Assembly: GCF_009914755.1 (NCBI RefSeq)
Contig: NC_060947.1
Reading direction: 5' to 3' (one strand)
From: the human T2T-CHM13v2.0 reference genome, Homo sapiens
DNA: 64,000 nucleotides
Each line of letters begins with the position of its first letter. Positions within the stretch are counted from its first letter, which is position 1. The notes under the pieces are model-generated. The model searched no databases and was not told the DNA's origin. It was given only the letters and a program-made list of their open reading frames with translations. The translations under genes and the position numbers were made by a program. Positions 37,896-53,130 of this stretch are shown here, one piece after another.

Positions 37896-40800
37896 TGTCA
37901 TTTTTTCTTTTGTTGCAATTGCTTTTGGTGTCTTCATCATGAAATCTTTGCCAGTTCTTATGTTCATAATGATACTGCCTAGGTTGTCTTCTGGTGTTTT
38001 TATAGCTTTGGGTTGTACATGTAAGTCTTTAATTTATTGTGAGTTGATTTGTGTATTTCATGGTGTAATAAAGGGGTCCAGTTTCAATCTTTTGCATATG
38101 GCTAGGCAGTTATCTCAGAACCATTTATTGAGTAAAGAGTCTTTTCCCCACTGATTTTTTTTTTGTCAGCTTTATTGAAGTTCAGATGGTTGTATGTGTG
38201 TGGCCTTATTTCTGGACATTCTGTTCCATAGGTCTATGTATCTGTTTTTGTACCAATACCAGGCTGGTTTTTTGTTGTTGTTAGGGCAGCCCTGTAGTAT
38301 AGTTTGAAGTCAGATAGCATGATGTCTTCTAATTAATTCTTTTTGCCTAGGATTGCCTTGCCTATTTGTGGTCTTTTTTTTTGGTACCATATGCATTTTA
38401 TAATAGTTTTTCTTTTCTAATTCTGCAAATAATGTCATTAATAGTTTAATAGCAATAGCATTGGATCTGTAAATTGGTTTGGGCTATATGGCCATTTTAT
38501 CAAAATTAATTTATCTATTCATGAGCATAGAATGTTTTTCTATTTGTTTGTGTCATCTCTGATTTCTTCAATCAGTGTTTTGTATTTCTCATCGTAGAGA
38601 TCTTTTACCTCCCTCATTAGGTGTATTTCTAGGTATTTTATTCTTTTCTTGGCAATTTTGAATGACATTGTGTTCCTTATTTTGCTGTCTGCTTGGCTGT
38701 TTTTGGTGTATAGGAATTCCATTAATTTCTGTACACTGATTTTGTATTCTGAAACTTTGCTGAAGTTGTTTACTAGCTAAAGGAGCTTTGGGACCAGGAC
38801 TATGGTGTTTTCTAGATATAGAATTATGTCATCTGCAAACAAGGATAGTTTGACTTTCCCTCTTCCTATTTGGATTCCTTTATTTATTTCTCTTGCCTAA
38901 TTCCTCTGGCCAGGTCTTCCAATAATATGTGAAATAGGAGCGGTGAGAGAGGGCATCCCTGTCGTGTGCCAGTTTTCAAGACGAATACTTCCAACTTTTG
39001 TTCATTCAAGATGATGTTGGCTGAGAGTTTGTCATAGATGGCTTCTATTATTTCAATGGGCGTTCCTTCAATAACTACTTTATTGAGAATTTTAAACATA
39101 AAGAGATGTTGAATTTTATTAAAAACTTTTTCTGAAAACTACATGAGATGATCATGTAATTTTCGTCTTTAGTTCTGTTTATGTGATGAACCACATTTAT
39201 TGATTTTCATATGTTGAACCAAACTTGACACTCAGGAAAAAGCTCTACTTTAGTTTGGTAAATAAGGTTTTCTATGTGCTTCTGGATTTGATTTGCTAGA
39301 AGTGTGTTGAGGATTTTTGCATCAATGTTTATCAAAGTTATTGACCTAAATTTTTATTTTGTGTGTGTGTGCCTGCCAGGTTTTGGCTTCAGGAGGATGC
39401 TGGTCTCATAGAATGAGTTAGAAAGAAGTCCTTTTTTCTTGAATTTTTGGAATAGTATCCATAGAAATAGTAACAGCTCTTTTTTGTAAATATGGTGGAA
39501 TTTGACATGAATCCACCATGTCCTGGGCTTTGATTGGTAGGCTACATATTACAGATGGAATTTCAGAGCTCATTATTTGTCTATTCAGGGATTCAATTTC
39601 TTTGTGGTTCCATCTTCAAAAGGTGTATGTGTCCAGGAATTTATTCATTTCTTCTAAATTCTCAAGTTTATTTGCATAAAAGTTTTCATAATAGTATCTG
39701 ATTGTTATTAGTATTTCTGTAGGGTCACTGGTAATGTCCCCTTTGTCATTTCTAATTTTGTTTATTTGGAACTTCACTCTTTTCTTCTGTATTAATCTAG
39801 CTAGCAGTCTACCTATCTTATTAATATTTAAAAGAACAGCTTCTGGTTTCATTAATGTTTGCATGAATGTTGTGCATCAATCGATTTCAGCTCAGCAATG
39901 ATTTTGTTTATTTCTCATCTTCTGTTAGCTTCCAATTTGATATTCTCTTGCTTCTCTAGGTTTTCAGTGATAATGTTAGGTTGTTAATTTGCGATATTTT
40001 AAACTTTTTGATGACAGCATTTACTGTGATAACTTTCTCTCTAAACAATGCCTTTGCCTTTCCTGGAGATTCTGATACGTTGTGTTTTTGTTCTCGCTAG
40101 TTTCAAAAAACTTCTTAATTTCTGCCTGCCTTAGTTTCATTATTTACTCAGAAGTCACTTATGGGTAAGTTGTCTAATTTACGTATGATTCCATGGATTT
40201 TTTAGTCTTGAATTCTATTTTTATTGCTCTGTAGTCTGAGAAAGTCGTTGGTATGATTTCAGTTATTTTGAATTATTTGCTGAGCGTTTTTTTGTTGGAT
40301 ATATGGTCAATTTTAGAGTATGTGCCATGTGGCAATGAGAAGAATGTGTATTCTGCTGGTTTTCGCTGGAGAATTCTGTAGAGCTCTATCATATCCATTT
40401 AACCCAATCTTGATTTTACATCCTGAACGTTATTTTCAAACTTGATGATCTGTCTAATACTGTCAGTGGAGTGTTGAAATCTCCTAGTATTGTGTTGGAT
40501 GCTAAACTCTTTGTAGGTTTCTAAGAACTTGCTTTATGAATCTCGGTGCTCCTATGTTGAGTGCATATATATTTAGAAAAGTTATGACTTCTTGCCGAAT
40601 TGAATACTTTACCATTTTCTAATGACATTCTTTGTCTATTTTGATCTTTGTTCATTTAAAGTCTGTTTTTTTTCTGAAATTAGTATTGCAATCCCTGCAT
40701 TTTTTCTGATAGCCATTTGTTTGGTAGATTTTTCTCCATCCGTCTGTTTTGAGCCTATGAGTGTCATTGCACATGAGATTGGTCTCTTGACGACAGTATA

Positions 40801-41005
40801 CCTTTGGGTCTTTCTTATTTATTCAGCTTGCCACTCTGTGCCTTTCAATTGGTGCATTTAGCCCATTTAAATACAATGTTAGTATTCATATGTGTGGACT
40901 TGATTCTGCCATTTTGCCATTAGCTGGTTTTTATGCAGACTTGATTGCATGGTTGTTTTACGGTGTCACTGGTCTGTGTATTGAAGTATGGTTTTGTAAT
41001 GACTG

Positions 41006-41473
41006 CTAGTGTTGTTTTCCTTCCATATTTTGTGCTTTTTTTATGAGCTCCTGTAAGGAAGGTCTGGGGGTAACAAATTCCCTCAACATATGGTTGTCTG
41101 AAAAATATCTTATTTCTCCTTTGTTTATGAGGTTTAGTTTGGCCAGATATGAAATTCTCCTTTGCAATTTATTTTCTTTAAGAATGTCGAATATAGGCCC
41201 CCAGTTTGTTCTGGCTTGTAGGGTTTCTACTGAGAAGGCTGCTGTTAGTTTGATGGACTTCCATTTGTAGGTGACCCACCCTTTGTCCCTAGCTGCCCTT
41301 AACATTTTTTCTTTCATTTTGACCTTGGACAGCCTGATGATTATGTGGCTTGGAGATGATCTTTTTGTGAAGTATTTTGCAGAGTTTCTCTGCATTTCCT
41401 GAATTTTAATGTTGGCATCTCTCAGTAGGTTGGGGAAGTTCTCATGGGTAATAGTCTGAAATATGTTTTCCAA
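41006..41473 (-). pseudogene. L1 ORF1p C-terminal remnant (RRM/CTD)
   Basis: ENFPNL, FSVETLQAR, RISYLAKL, LREFVTPRPSLQEL. Confidence 0.85.
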
Positions 41474-43774
41474 GTTGCTTCCATTCTCCTCATCTCTTTA
41501 AGAGATGCCAATGTTTTATAGATTTTGTCTTTTTACACAAGCCCATATTTCCTGGAAGTGTTGTTATTTTCTATTCATTTTTTAAAATTTTTCATCTGAC
41601 TATTTTAGAAAGCCAGCCTTCAAGCTCTGAGATTCTTTCCTCTGCTTGGTCTATTCTACTATTAATACTTGCAATTGCATTATGAAATTTTTGTAGTGTG
41701 TTTTCAAACTCTATCAGTTTGGTTACTCTTTTTTCTGTACTGGCTATTTTGTCTGTCAGTTCCTTTATCATTTTCTTGTGATTCTTATCATTTTTACATT
41801 GGGTTTCAATGTTCCCCTAATCTCAATGATCTTCATTCCTATCCACATTGCGAATTATACTTCTTTAGGCCATCTTGGCCTGGTTAAAACAACTACTGTG
41901 GTTGTTTGGAGGAAATAAGACACTCTGGATTTTTGGGTTGCTAAAGTTTTTGCACTGGTTCTTCACATCTTTGTGGGCTGAGGTTCCTTTAATCTTTGAA
42001 ATTGCTGTCCTTTGGATGAGTTATTTTTTTTTTCATTTTGTCCTATTTGATGTCCTTGGGGGTTTCATTGTAGTATAATTTGGGTCCATTCAACTGGCTT
42101 CATTTCTGGAAGATTTTATGAGGTTACACCTCAGTTCAGGACTACTGTGCTGCAAGCTCTAACTCTGGGGGACTGGTACTGGGCCCCGGCTTTGTTCTCT
42201 GGCTCCTCAAGGTTGGAAACCTCCTGTTCTGGAGGGGCTAAGGAGCTCTTGGATCACTGGTCAGAACACTTAAATGGGTGGTGCCATGCAATGCACTTCA
42301 TAGGGCAGTGGCAGTGGGATCCATCATTGTTCACATGTGCCAGGAGTAGTGGCAAAGTCAGCTGCAGCAGGGTGTTATTGGGTGTTGAGGTACCAATCTC
42401 TTTGTGGGTGTTCATGGCAGTGACAGAGACAACTCAGCTAGGGGGGAAAGGGGCCTCCACAAGTGACTATCTGTGTTCACATCAGTTGTGATGTTAGCAT
42501 GGGGGCAAGACACTTGTGAGCACAGAACTGTGTGTGCCTTCTGTGCCTGTTCACACAGGCAGCAGTGGCAGGTCAATGCAGAGGCAGGTTCACTCTCTTC
42601 CATGCATAGTTTTGTGCTGGTAACAGTGTATATGCAGGTGTGGGTGCTGGTGGGGCTTGGGCTGGTGGGCTCCATGGTGGTACAGGAATGGTGTTATAGC
42701 AGTGGGAGAGAGGTGGGATGCACTCATGCAAGCAGCAGTGGTACAGCAGGGTGCATGTGCACACCCTCACTGGCAGAAAAGAAAAGACAAGGTCCACCCG
42801 CACACATATGTGCCAGCAGAGTGATGCTGGGGGTGGCCTTGGGTGAGTGCATTCAGACAAAGCAGCAAAGAGAAGGCTGCAGTCAGGAAAGGGTGAAAAC
42901 AGGCTGGTGTGTGTGTGCCACTCTGCTGGAGAACTCTGCCAGTCAGGTGTGGTCAACCTGCGCAAGAGCTATGATACAAGGATCCAGAAGGTAGGTACCT
43001 GGGGATTGCACTGTGAGCAGATGCAACAAGGCTGGGGCCTCAGGACAGGCCAACAGGCCAAGTGGTTCTCAGCTTGGACTGGGCCTGTCTCATGGGCAAG
43101 ACTACCATGCAGAGTTCAGGTCTGACAGTTGCTCTAGGGCTAAACTCTCCTATGGAGGCCAGTTAAGCCTGGGTTTATGGGCATCCCTGGCCGTGCTCCA
43201 CTATAGATGCTCCACCATCAAACCCTCTGGGCTTCACATGGACCGAAGTTTGCTGCCACCACTTCTCTAAGCAGCTCTGCCTGCCAACTCAATTATCCAT
43301 AGTGGTCAACAGGTCTCCTCTTACTGGGATTCTAGAGGCCCATAAGAGTGTGTTGCTCCTTGCCTCTTCAGCTCATTCCTTCCATAAGAGTCACTGGAGG
43401 CCAAGAACAAGTCCAATTGTGCAGTAGCACCGTGCTGGGTTCCTAGCTTTCTCCCCCTTCAGCTCCACATCTGTGGTTTTTCTCTGTCTGCTCTCTATGC
43501 ATTCCCTCTGAAGAACTGCTAGGAGAGTGCCAGTCTTCATGATGTCCTGATCTCTCAGTAAGAAATGTTATCCCTGGTTTTGTATAGTCAGCCATCTTGT
43601 GAAAAGAAGTTTGTTATGTTGTAGATTTGATATCTTTCAAACTTCTTTATGTAGGTCTTGAGCATTAAAATTTTTCCTCTTAACATTGCTTTAGCTGTGT
43701 CATAAAAATTCTGGTACATTGTGTCTTTATTTTAATTCGTTTCAAAGACTTTTTGATGTCTGCTTAAATTTTCT

Positions 43775-44074
43775 GTTTTCTTGTTTGTTTGTTTGACAGA
43801 GTCTCACTCTATTGCCCAGGCTGGAGTGCAATGGCGTGATCTTGGCTCACTGCAACCTCCACCTCCTGGGTTCAAGCCATTCTCCTGCCTTAGGTTCCTG
43901 AGTAGCTGGGATTACAGGCATGCACCACCATACCTGGCTAATATTTTTGTATTTTTAGTAGAGATGGGATTTCACCATGTTGGCCAGGCTGGTCTCGAAC
44001 TCCTGACCTCATGATCTGCCCACCTCGGCCTCCCAAAGTGCTGGAATTACAGGCGTGAGCCACCGCACCCGGCT
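43775..44074 (-). mobile_element. AluS (AluSg/Sc-like)
   Basis: Full Alu; GGCCAGGCTGGTCTCGAACTCCTGACCTCATGATC; TSD core AATTTTCT at 43767-43774 and 44075-44082. Confidence 0.95.
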
Positions 44075-44213
44075 AATTTTCTTCTTTACCCAAGAGTCAT
44101 TCAGGAGGAGATTGTTCACTTTCAATTTAATTGTATGCTTTTGAGAGATCTCCTTTGTATCAACTTCTTTTTTATTGTGCTCTGGTCCTTCACTGTGGTT
44201 GGTACAATTTTAG

Positions 44214-44214
<1 letters not shown>

Positions 44215-44244
<30 letters not shown>
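44215..44244. repeat. (GTT)10 microsatellite
   Basis: Direct reading. Confidence 0.95.
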
Positions 44245-44613
44245 GAGAATTCCATTATGGCCAGGCATGTGGTTGATCTTAGAGTGTGTCATGTGCACAT
44301 GAGAAAACTGTATATTCTGTTGTTGTTGGATGAAGTATCCTGTAGACCTCTATTAGGCCCATTTAGTCAAGTGTCATGTTTAGGTCCTGAATATCTTTGT
44401 TAGATTTCTGTGTGGATAATCTGTCTAACATTGGCAATGGAGTGTTGGGGTCTCCCACTCCTATTGTGTGATTATCTAAATCTCTTCATAGGTCTCTAAA
44501 AACTTGTTTTGTGAATCTGGCTGCTCCTGTGTTGAGTGCAAATATATTTAGAATAGTTAAGTCTTGTCATTGAATTTAACACTTTACCATTATGTAATGC
44601 AATGCCCTTTTTG

Positions 44614-44939
<326 letters not shown>

Positions 44940-45181
44940 TGATCATTGTAGGTTAAAGTTTGTTCTGTCAGAAAATAGAATAGCAACCTCACTTTTTTGT
45001 TTTCTGTTTTCTTGGTAGATTTTTCTCCACTCCTTTACTTTAAGCCTATGGGTGTCTTTGCATTTGAGATAGGTCTCTTGAAGACAGTATACAGTTAAAT
45101 CCAACTTGCCACTCTGTGCCTTTTATTTTGGGCAGATAGCCCTCTGATATTGGAAATTAATATTGATAAGTGCAGATTTGA

Positions 45182-45560
<379 letters not shown>

Positions 45561-47555
45561 TGTGTAGTTTCTTGATAGTGTCAATGGTCTATGTATTTAA
45601 GTGTGCTTTTGTGGTGGCTGGTAACAGTGTTTCATTTCTGTATTTAGCACTCCCTTGAGGATCTATTGTAAGGTATGTCTGGTGGTAAAAAAAAAAAATC
45701 TTAGCATTCGTCTGTCTGAAAATCATCTTATTTCTCCTTCCTTCCTGGAGTTGAATTTGGCTGGATATAAAATTATTAGTTGAGGGTTTTCTTTAAGAAT
45801 GCTGAATATAGGTCTTAGTCTCTTCTGGCTTCTAAACTTTCTGCTGAAGGGTTCACTGTTAGCCTGATGAGTTTCCCTTTGTAGGTGACTTACCCTTCTT
45901 TCTAGCTGTCTCTAAGATTTTTTCTCATTAACTTTGGAGTATCTAATGACTGTTTGCCTTGGGTATAGCCATATTGTATAGTATCTCTCAGGTGTTCTCT
46001 GAATTTCCTAAATTTGCATGTCATCTCTCTGAAAACATTGAAAGAATTTTCATGAACCATACTCTCAAATATGTTTTCCAAGTTGCTTGTTCTCTATCCC
46101 TCTCTTTCTTAGGTTTGGTTTATTTACACAATCTCATATTTCTCAAACATGTTATTCACTTAAAAATTTTGCTTTTCTTTATTTTTGTCTGCCTGTGTTG
46201 ATTCAAAGAAAACATCTTTGAGTTCTGAGATTCTTTTCTCAGCTTGGTTTATTCTGTTATTAATCCTTCCAATTGCATTCTAAAATTAATGTAGTAATAA
46301 TTTTTTATTCTAAAAGTTTAGTTTTATTGTTTCTTAAAATGGCTATGTCACCTTTAAACTCTTAGACCATTTTACTGTTTTCCTTGGATTAGCTTTCAAC
46401 CTCTTCCTATATTCCAATGCGCTGCCTTGCCATTCAGATTTTGCATTCTATGTCTTTCTTTTTAGACATTTTAGTCTGGTTAAGAACCATTGCTGGGGAG
46501 CTATTGTGGTAATTTGGAGGTAACAAGACATTCCGGCCTTTAGAGTTGCCAGAGTTCTTGCACTGGTTCCTTCTCATCTGTAAGCTGATGTTCCTCTCAA
46601 CTTAGAGGTAGCTGTCTTTTGAACTTGGCATTTTGCTTTTATACCCTTTGATTCCTTTGAGGGTTTCCCTGTGGTACAAGTTGAGTTAGTTGATTGGCTT
46701 TATCTCTACATGCTTTCACAGGACCAAGGCTCAACTCAGCATTTCACAGCTGCATACTCTAACCCTAGTGGACTGAGATTAAGCCCATGGCTTTGTTCTC
46801 TGGTTCCTCGAGGTTAAGCACCGATTGCACTTGAGGAGCCAAAAATTTTTTAGTCTGCTGTCAACAGTACTCCAACAGTGGCTGTTGGCAAAAAGTGCTC
46901 CAGTGTTGCAGCAGCAGGTACCACTTTGAGTGTGTGCCAGTGGGACAGAAATGTATCCACATGCATGTGCACCCCACTAAGGCAGAAGCAGAGGTTGCAA
47001 GCAAGTGCATGGAGGTAGGGGAAGGCTGTGGGCAGGTGCTGCTGTTGGGAGTCTGTCTGCTAATGTGCTTCAACCTGTAAGTGGGGTCTGTTGGTGAAAG
47101 AGCTATGGAATTGGCCACTGGAAAGCACTTTGGCTGGCCAGCTGAGGCTGTACTGCAAGTGAATGTTGCCAGGTAGGATCTCTGGGATTATCCAATAGAT
47201 ATGGTGGTGCTTGGGTCAGAATTGCACTGTTCCATGGGCAAGACAATTATGCTGTGTCCAGTTCCCACAGCTAACAAAGTCTAAAGCCACCTAGAAGAGT
47301 ATGAAGAGTGTTGGAGGGTTCGCACTCCAGGTCTTGCTCCACTGCAGCCATTTATGTGCCAAATATTCTGGGCTGCATGCAAGCTGAAGTCCTGTGTCTG
47401 CCAACTCTCTGAGCAGTTCTCTTTTCCAGTTCAGATGTCCATGGGTGTCATGGAGTCTCCCACAGCTGGGATCGCAGAGGTCCATGGTGAGAGTGGGTCA
47501 CTTCACTTCTATTTAACTCAACCCTTCCCCAGGAGCTGTTCAGGGCCAGGAACAG

Positions 47556-48545
47556 CTCACATGCCCTTGATCTGGCAAGTCTTCCACTGGCAGCCAGCCT
47601 CTGTGAACAAGGCAAAAGAGTACTCTGAATCCCAAGAAGGCTGTTTTTATTTCACAAAATTGCCCCAGGCCATGAGATCCCCTGCCCAGGATAAAATCTG
47701 TAGGTCCCAGGACACATCCTTCCTGGTACAGTTCCATGAAGGGTGGGGTGCCCAACTCCTATACCACAGCATGAACCCACACCAGTTTCCTCTCATTTAT
47801 GGCCATGGGAACTTCTCTCTCACTTGAAATTAGACTGCAAATCTCAACCCCAGGCTCCTGGATGGAGTGTATGATTCCTGGGGTGCAGAATCAGGCCAGT
47901 GGACTTGTCCTCAGACCCACTGGGTTCAGGCACTGATTGTGATAGGGAAAACTTGGCTGGCCCCAAGCTGTCAGCATAATTTTTAGGCAGGGGCAGCAGC
48001 AGCTGCCCACTGGGACTGGCACCAGGAAGGGCAGCCCTTCTCAGCAGGAGCAGCTAGGCAGGTAGCTGAGGGGTGAACAGGCAAGTGTGGGGCATGTTGT
48101 TCATACCTCGGTCTTACTGAAGTTTGCACAAGTGGCAGTATTCAGCTTTGAGTTGTGTAGAAACAAAAAGCCTCACCTACCCCTCCCTGGTCTGTCCAGT
48201 TCCCACAGCTAACAAAGTCTAAAGCCACCTAGAAGAGTATGAAGAGCCTTGGAGTGTTCACGCTCTAGGTCTTGCTCCACTGCAGCCATGTGGCAGTGCA
48301 GTGGCAGCCCTGGGGTTGGATGCAGAGCTTTGAGGGATGAGTTTTCAGAATGGGACCCTGCTGCATCTGCTCAAGGTCTAGAAGCCTCTGCGACTTCATG
48401 TGAGCTTAAGCGCTGCTTATGCACAATCTCCAGGCAACTCCCTATGCCAATCTTGAGGCACACAAAGGTTTAGGGGCTTCCCATAGCTAGGATTGTAACA
48501 GTCCATGATGGAAATGTGGAGTCCTAGGGTTCTCTCACTTACCAA
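47556..48545 (-). mobile_element. Second, different L1 5' UTR fragment (L1P4/L1PB4-type)
   Basis: GC-richer, ends CCCATAGCTAGGATTGTAACAGTCCATGATGGAAATGTGGAGTCCTAGGGTTCTCTCACTTACC, the same L1 5'-end motif class seen at 47460-47530 and 43325-43380. Confidence 0.55.
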
Positions 48546-48547
48546 CT

Positions 48548-51500
48548 CCAAAAACACCTTCAAAACCATGCAAATACTTAGAAATTAAATAACCTGCTCT
48601 TGAATGATCACTGGGTCAACAATGAAATAAAGATGGAAATTTAAACATTTTTTGAACTGAACAATAATAGTGACACAATCTATCAATATTTCTGGGACAC
48701 TGCAAAGGCAGCGCTAAGGGGAAAGTTCATAGCCTAAATGCCTACATCAAAAAGTCTGAAAGAGCACAGACAATCTAAGGTCACACCTCAAGGAACTAGA
48801 GAAACAAGAAAAAAACAAACCCAAACTCAGCAGAAAAAAATAAATAACCAAGATCAGAGCGCAACTAAATGAAATGGAAACAAACAAAAAAATACAAAAG
48901 ATATATAAAACGAAAAGCTGGTTCTTTGAAAGGATAAATAAAATTAATAGACCATTCACAAGACTAACCAAGAATAGAAGAGAGAAGATCCAAATAAGCT
49001 TAATTAGAAACAAAATGGGAGATATTGTAAAAGACATTACAGAAATTCTAAAGATTATTAAAGGCTACAACGAACACCTTTATGTGCATAAACTGGAAAA
49101 TACAGAGGAGATGGTTTAATTCCTGAAAAGATTATAACCCTCCTAGCTTAAATCAGAAAAAAAATAGAAATCCTGAATAGACCAATAACAAGCAGCAAGA
49201 TTGAAATGGTAATAAAAAATTACAAACAAAAAAAAGTCTAGGACCAGATGAATTCACAGCCAAATTCTATCAGACATTCAAAGACAAATCGGTGTCAATC
49301 CTACTGAAACTATCCCACAAGATAGAGAAAGAGAGAACACTTACTAAATCATTGTATGAAACCAGTATCACCCTAATACCAAAACCAGGAAAGGACATAA
49401 CAACAAATAAACAAAAATAAAGAAAAATACAGAAAAATATCCCTAATGAATATAAACACAAAAATCCTCAACAAAATATTAGCTAACCAAATCCAACAGC
49501 ATATCAAAAAGATAATACAACATGATCAAGTGGGTTTCATACCAAGGATGCAGGGATAGTTTAACGTACACAAGTCAATAAATGTAATACACCACATAAA
49601 CAGAATTAAAGACAAAAACCACATGATTATTTCAATAGATGCAGAAAAAGCATTTGACAAAATCCAGTATCCCTTTATGATTAAAAACCTCAGCAAAATC
49701 GGCATGCAAGAGATATTCCTCAATATAATAAGAGCCATTTATAACAAACCCACAGCCAACATAATACTGAATGGGGAAAAGCTGAAAGCATTCCTTCTGG
49801 AAACTGGAACAAGACAAGGATGCCCACTCTCACCACCTCTATTCAACATACTACTGAAAGTCCTAGCCAGATCAATCAGTCAAAAGAGATAAATAAAGAG
49901 CCTCCAAATTTGTAAAGAGGAAGCCAAACTGTTGCTGTTTGCTGATGATATGATTGTATACCTAGAAAACCCTAAAGATGTCTTCAAAAACCTTCTACAA
50001 CTAACAAATGAATTCAACAAAGTTTCAGGATACAAATTAATATACATAAATCAGTAGCTCTGTTATTTACCAAGAGCAACCAAGTTGAGAATCAAAACAA
50101 GAACGCAGCTCCCTTTACAATAGCTGCAAAAAAAAAAAAACTTAAAAATTTACCTAAACAAGGAGGTGAAAGACCTCTACAAGACAAACTAAAAAACACT
50201 GCTAAAAGAAATCATAGAAAATGAAAATAAATGTGAAAATTACCATACTGCCAAAAGCAATTTACAAACTCGATGCAATTCCACCAAAATACCAGCATCA
50301 TTCTTCACAGAACTAGAAAAAAAATTCTAAAATTAATATGGAACCAAAAAAGAGCTCACATAGCCAAAACAAGACTAAACAAAAAGAACAAATCTGGAAG
50401 CATTACATTACCTGACTTAAAACTATATTATAGGGCCACAGTCACAAAAACATCATGGTACTGGTATAAAAATAGGCACATAGACCAATGGAACACAATA
50501 GAGAACACAGTAGTAAACCCAAATACTTACAGCTGACTGATCTTCAGCAAAGCAAACAAAAACATAAAGTGGAGAAAGGACACTCTATTCAACAAATGGT
50601 GCTGAGATAATTGGCAAACCACATGTACGGAATAAAACTGGATCATTATCTCTCACCTTATGCAAAAATCAACTCAAGATTAATCAAGGACTTAAATCTA
50701 ATACTGGAACTATAAAAATTCCAGAAGACTAGAAGATAACATTGTAAAAAGCCTTCTAGACATTGGCTTAGGCCAAGACTTTATGATCAAGAACCCAAAA
50801 GCAAATGCAACAAAACCAAAGATGAATATGTGGAACTTAATTAAACTAAAGAGCTTCTGCACAGCAAAAGCAGAAACAGTCAGCAGAGTAAATTGACAAA
50901 ACAAAGAGTGGAAGAAAATCTTTACAATCTATCCATTTGACAAATGACTAATATTTAGAATCTACGAAAAATTCAAACAAATTAGCAGAAAAAAAACAAT
51001 TCTATCAAAAAGTGGGCTAAGGACATGAATAAACAATTCACTACAGAAGATATACAAATGGCCATCAAACATATGAAAAGGTGCTCAACATCACTAATGA
51101 TAAGTGAAATGCAAATCAAAACCACAATGTAATACAACTTTACTCCTGCAAAAATGGCCACAATCTAAAAATCAAAAAAATAAGAGATGTTGGCCTGGAT
51201 GTGGTAAAAAGGGAACACTTCTACACTGCTGGTGGGAATGTAAACTAGTGCTAACACTATAGAAAACAGTGTGGAGATTCCTTAAATAACTAAAAGTAGA
51301 ACTACCATTTGAGCCAGCAATTCCATTACTGGGTATCTACCTAGAGGAAAAGAAGTTATTATACAAAAAATATACTTGCACACACATGTTTGTAGCTGCA
51401 CAATTCCTAATTGCAAAAAAAAATATGGAACCAGCCCAATTCCAAATGCCCATTAATTAATGAGTGGATAAATAAACTGTAGTATATATGATGGAACACT

Positions 51501-51853
51501 ACTCAGCCATAAAAAGAAACAAATTAATGGCATTCATGGCAACCTGGATGGAACAGGAGACTATTCTTCTAAGCAAAGTAACTCAGGAATGAAAAACTTA
51601 ACATCGTATGTTCTCACTCATAAGTGGGAGCTAAGCTTTGAGGATACAAAGGCATAAGAATGATGCAATGGACTTTCTGGACTCAGGGAAAAGGGTTGGG
51701 GGGTGGTAAGGGATAAAAGACTAAAACTTCGGTGCAGTATGTACTGTTTGGGTGATGGGTGCACCAAAATCTCACAAATCACCACTAAAAATCTTACTCA
51801 TTAAACTAAAGACATGTATTTCCCAAAACCTATGGAAATACAAAATTTTAAAA
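48548..51853 (+). mobile_element. 5'-truncated L1PB (L1PB1/2-like), ORF2 and 3' UTR
   Basis: [15 protein letters not shown]...[11 protein letters not shown] (ORF 49623-49892); 3' UTR GGGTGATGGGTGCACCAAAATCTCACAAATCACCACTAAA...CCCAAAACCTATGGAAATA. Confidence 0.93.
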
Positions 51854-53130
51854 GGGAACATAACTCAAAATAATAAAGGCTATATACAATGAACTAACAA
51901 CCAACATTATAATAAATGGGGAAAAAAGTAAAAAACATTTCCGCTAAGAACTGGAACCAGTCAAGGTACCATTTCATCAGTCCTATGTAACATAGTACTG
52001 GAAGTCCTAGCCAGAGCAATCAGGAAAGATAAAAGATTGAAATTGGAAATGAGAAAGTCAAATTTTCTTGGTTGGCTAATGTTATGATGTTATATGTAGA
52101 AAATTTTAAGACTCCTAGATTTTATTCATAAATTCAAAAGAGTTTCATTATACAAAACTCTGTACAAAATTAGTAGCATTTTTATAACCAGTAATAATCT
52201 TTCTCAGTACCAAATCAAGAAGACATATCTACATACCATAGCTATGAAAAAACCCCTAGGAATACAATTAACAAAGGAAGTGTAAGATCTCCAAACTACA
52301 AAACACTGATGAAATAAATCATACATGAAAAGTGTCTCATGCTCAGTGATTGTAAGTATCAATATTATCAAAATGATCAAACTACTGAAAGAAATATACA
52401 GATTCAATCCAATTCCTATCAAAATATACCAATGTTATTTTTTTCTGAATTACACACAACAATAGTAAAATTCATATGGAACCACAAGGAGACAAAATAG
52501 TAAAGGAATTCTAACCCAAAAGAACTAATTTGGAGGCATCAAATTTCCTTCATGATACACCACAGGGCAACAGTAACTAAAACAGCAGGTTACTGGTATA
52601 AAAATACACACATATTTTACTTGAAAAGAATAGAAAACTCAGAAATGAATTCGCATATTTTTAGCCAACTGATCTTTGGCAAAGTAGACCAAAACCTACA
52701 CTGAGGAAAGAACACTTGTTTCAATAAATGATGCTAAGAGAATTGGTTAGCTATAAGCAGAAGAATAAAACTGGACTCATCTCTCTGACCATATACAAAA
52801 ATTAACTCAAAGTTTTAAATGTAACACCTGAAGCTATTACAAATAGATGTGAAAATTTACTTTTGACATAAGTGAAGGCAAATAATTTACAACTCATGCA
52901 TAAAAAACACAAGTACCAAAAACAGAAATGGACAAATGAGAGTTAATTAAACAAAAGATGCTGCACGGACAAAGATATAATCAACAGAGTGATCAATAAT
53001 CAACAGAATTAGAGATAATATTTGTAAACTATGCATCTGAAACTACCAACTCAAAGAATCTTCAAAGAACTTAAACAACTCAACAATGGCAGCAACAAAA
53101 AACAAATAATCCCTTTGAAAAGGAGGCAAA
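51854..53130 (+). mobile_element. Older L1 (L1PB4/L1MA-type) ORF2 fragment
   Basis: CATAGTACTGGAAGTCCTAGCCAGAGCAATCAGG, GCCAACTGATCTTTGGCAAAG, AAACTATGCATCTGA; more diverged than its neighbours. Confidence 0.8.

Larger units (their letters stand above)
36833..43611 (-). mobile_element. Full-length L1PA13-like element nested in the older L1
   Basis: 3' UTR, ORF2, ORF1 (ORF 41006-41473: ENFPNL...IIIRLSKVKMKEKMLRAARDKG) and 5' UTR ending TAGTCAGCCATCTTG; perfect 10-bp TSD TGTTATGTTG at 36823-36832 and 43612-43621. Confidence 0.92.

Noticed and set aside
42147-43270. Several 85-173-aa ORFs with no L1 protein similarity (also 23258-24507 and 46861-47827)
   Set aside because: They lie in GC-richer L1 5' UTRs; no recognisable domains or splice structure, so probably chance ORFs
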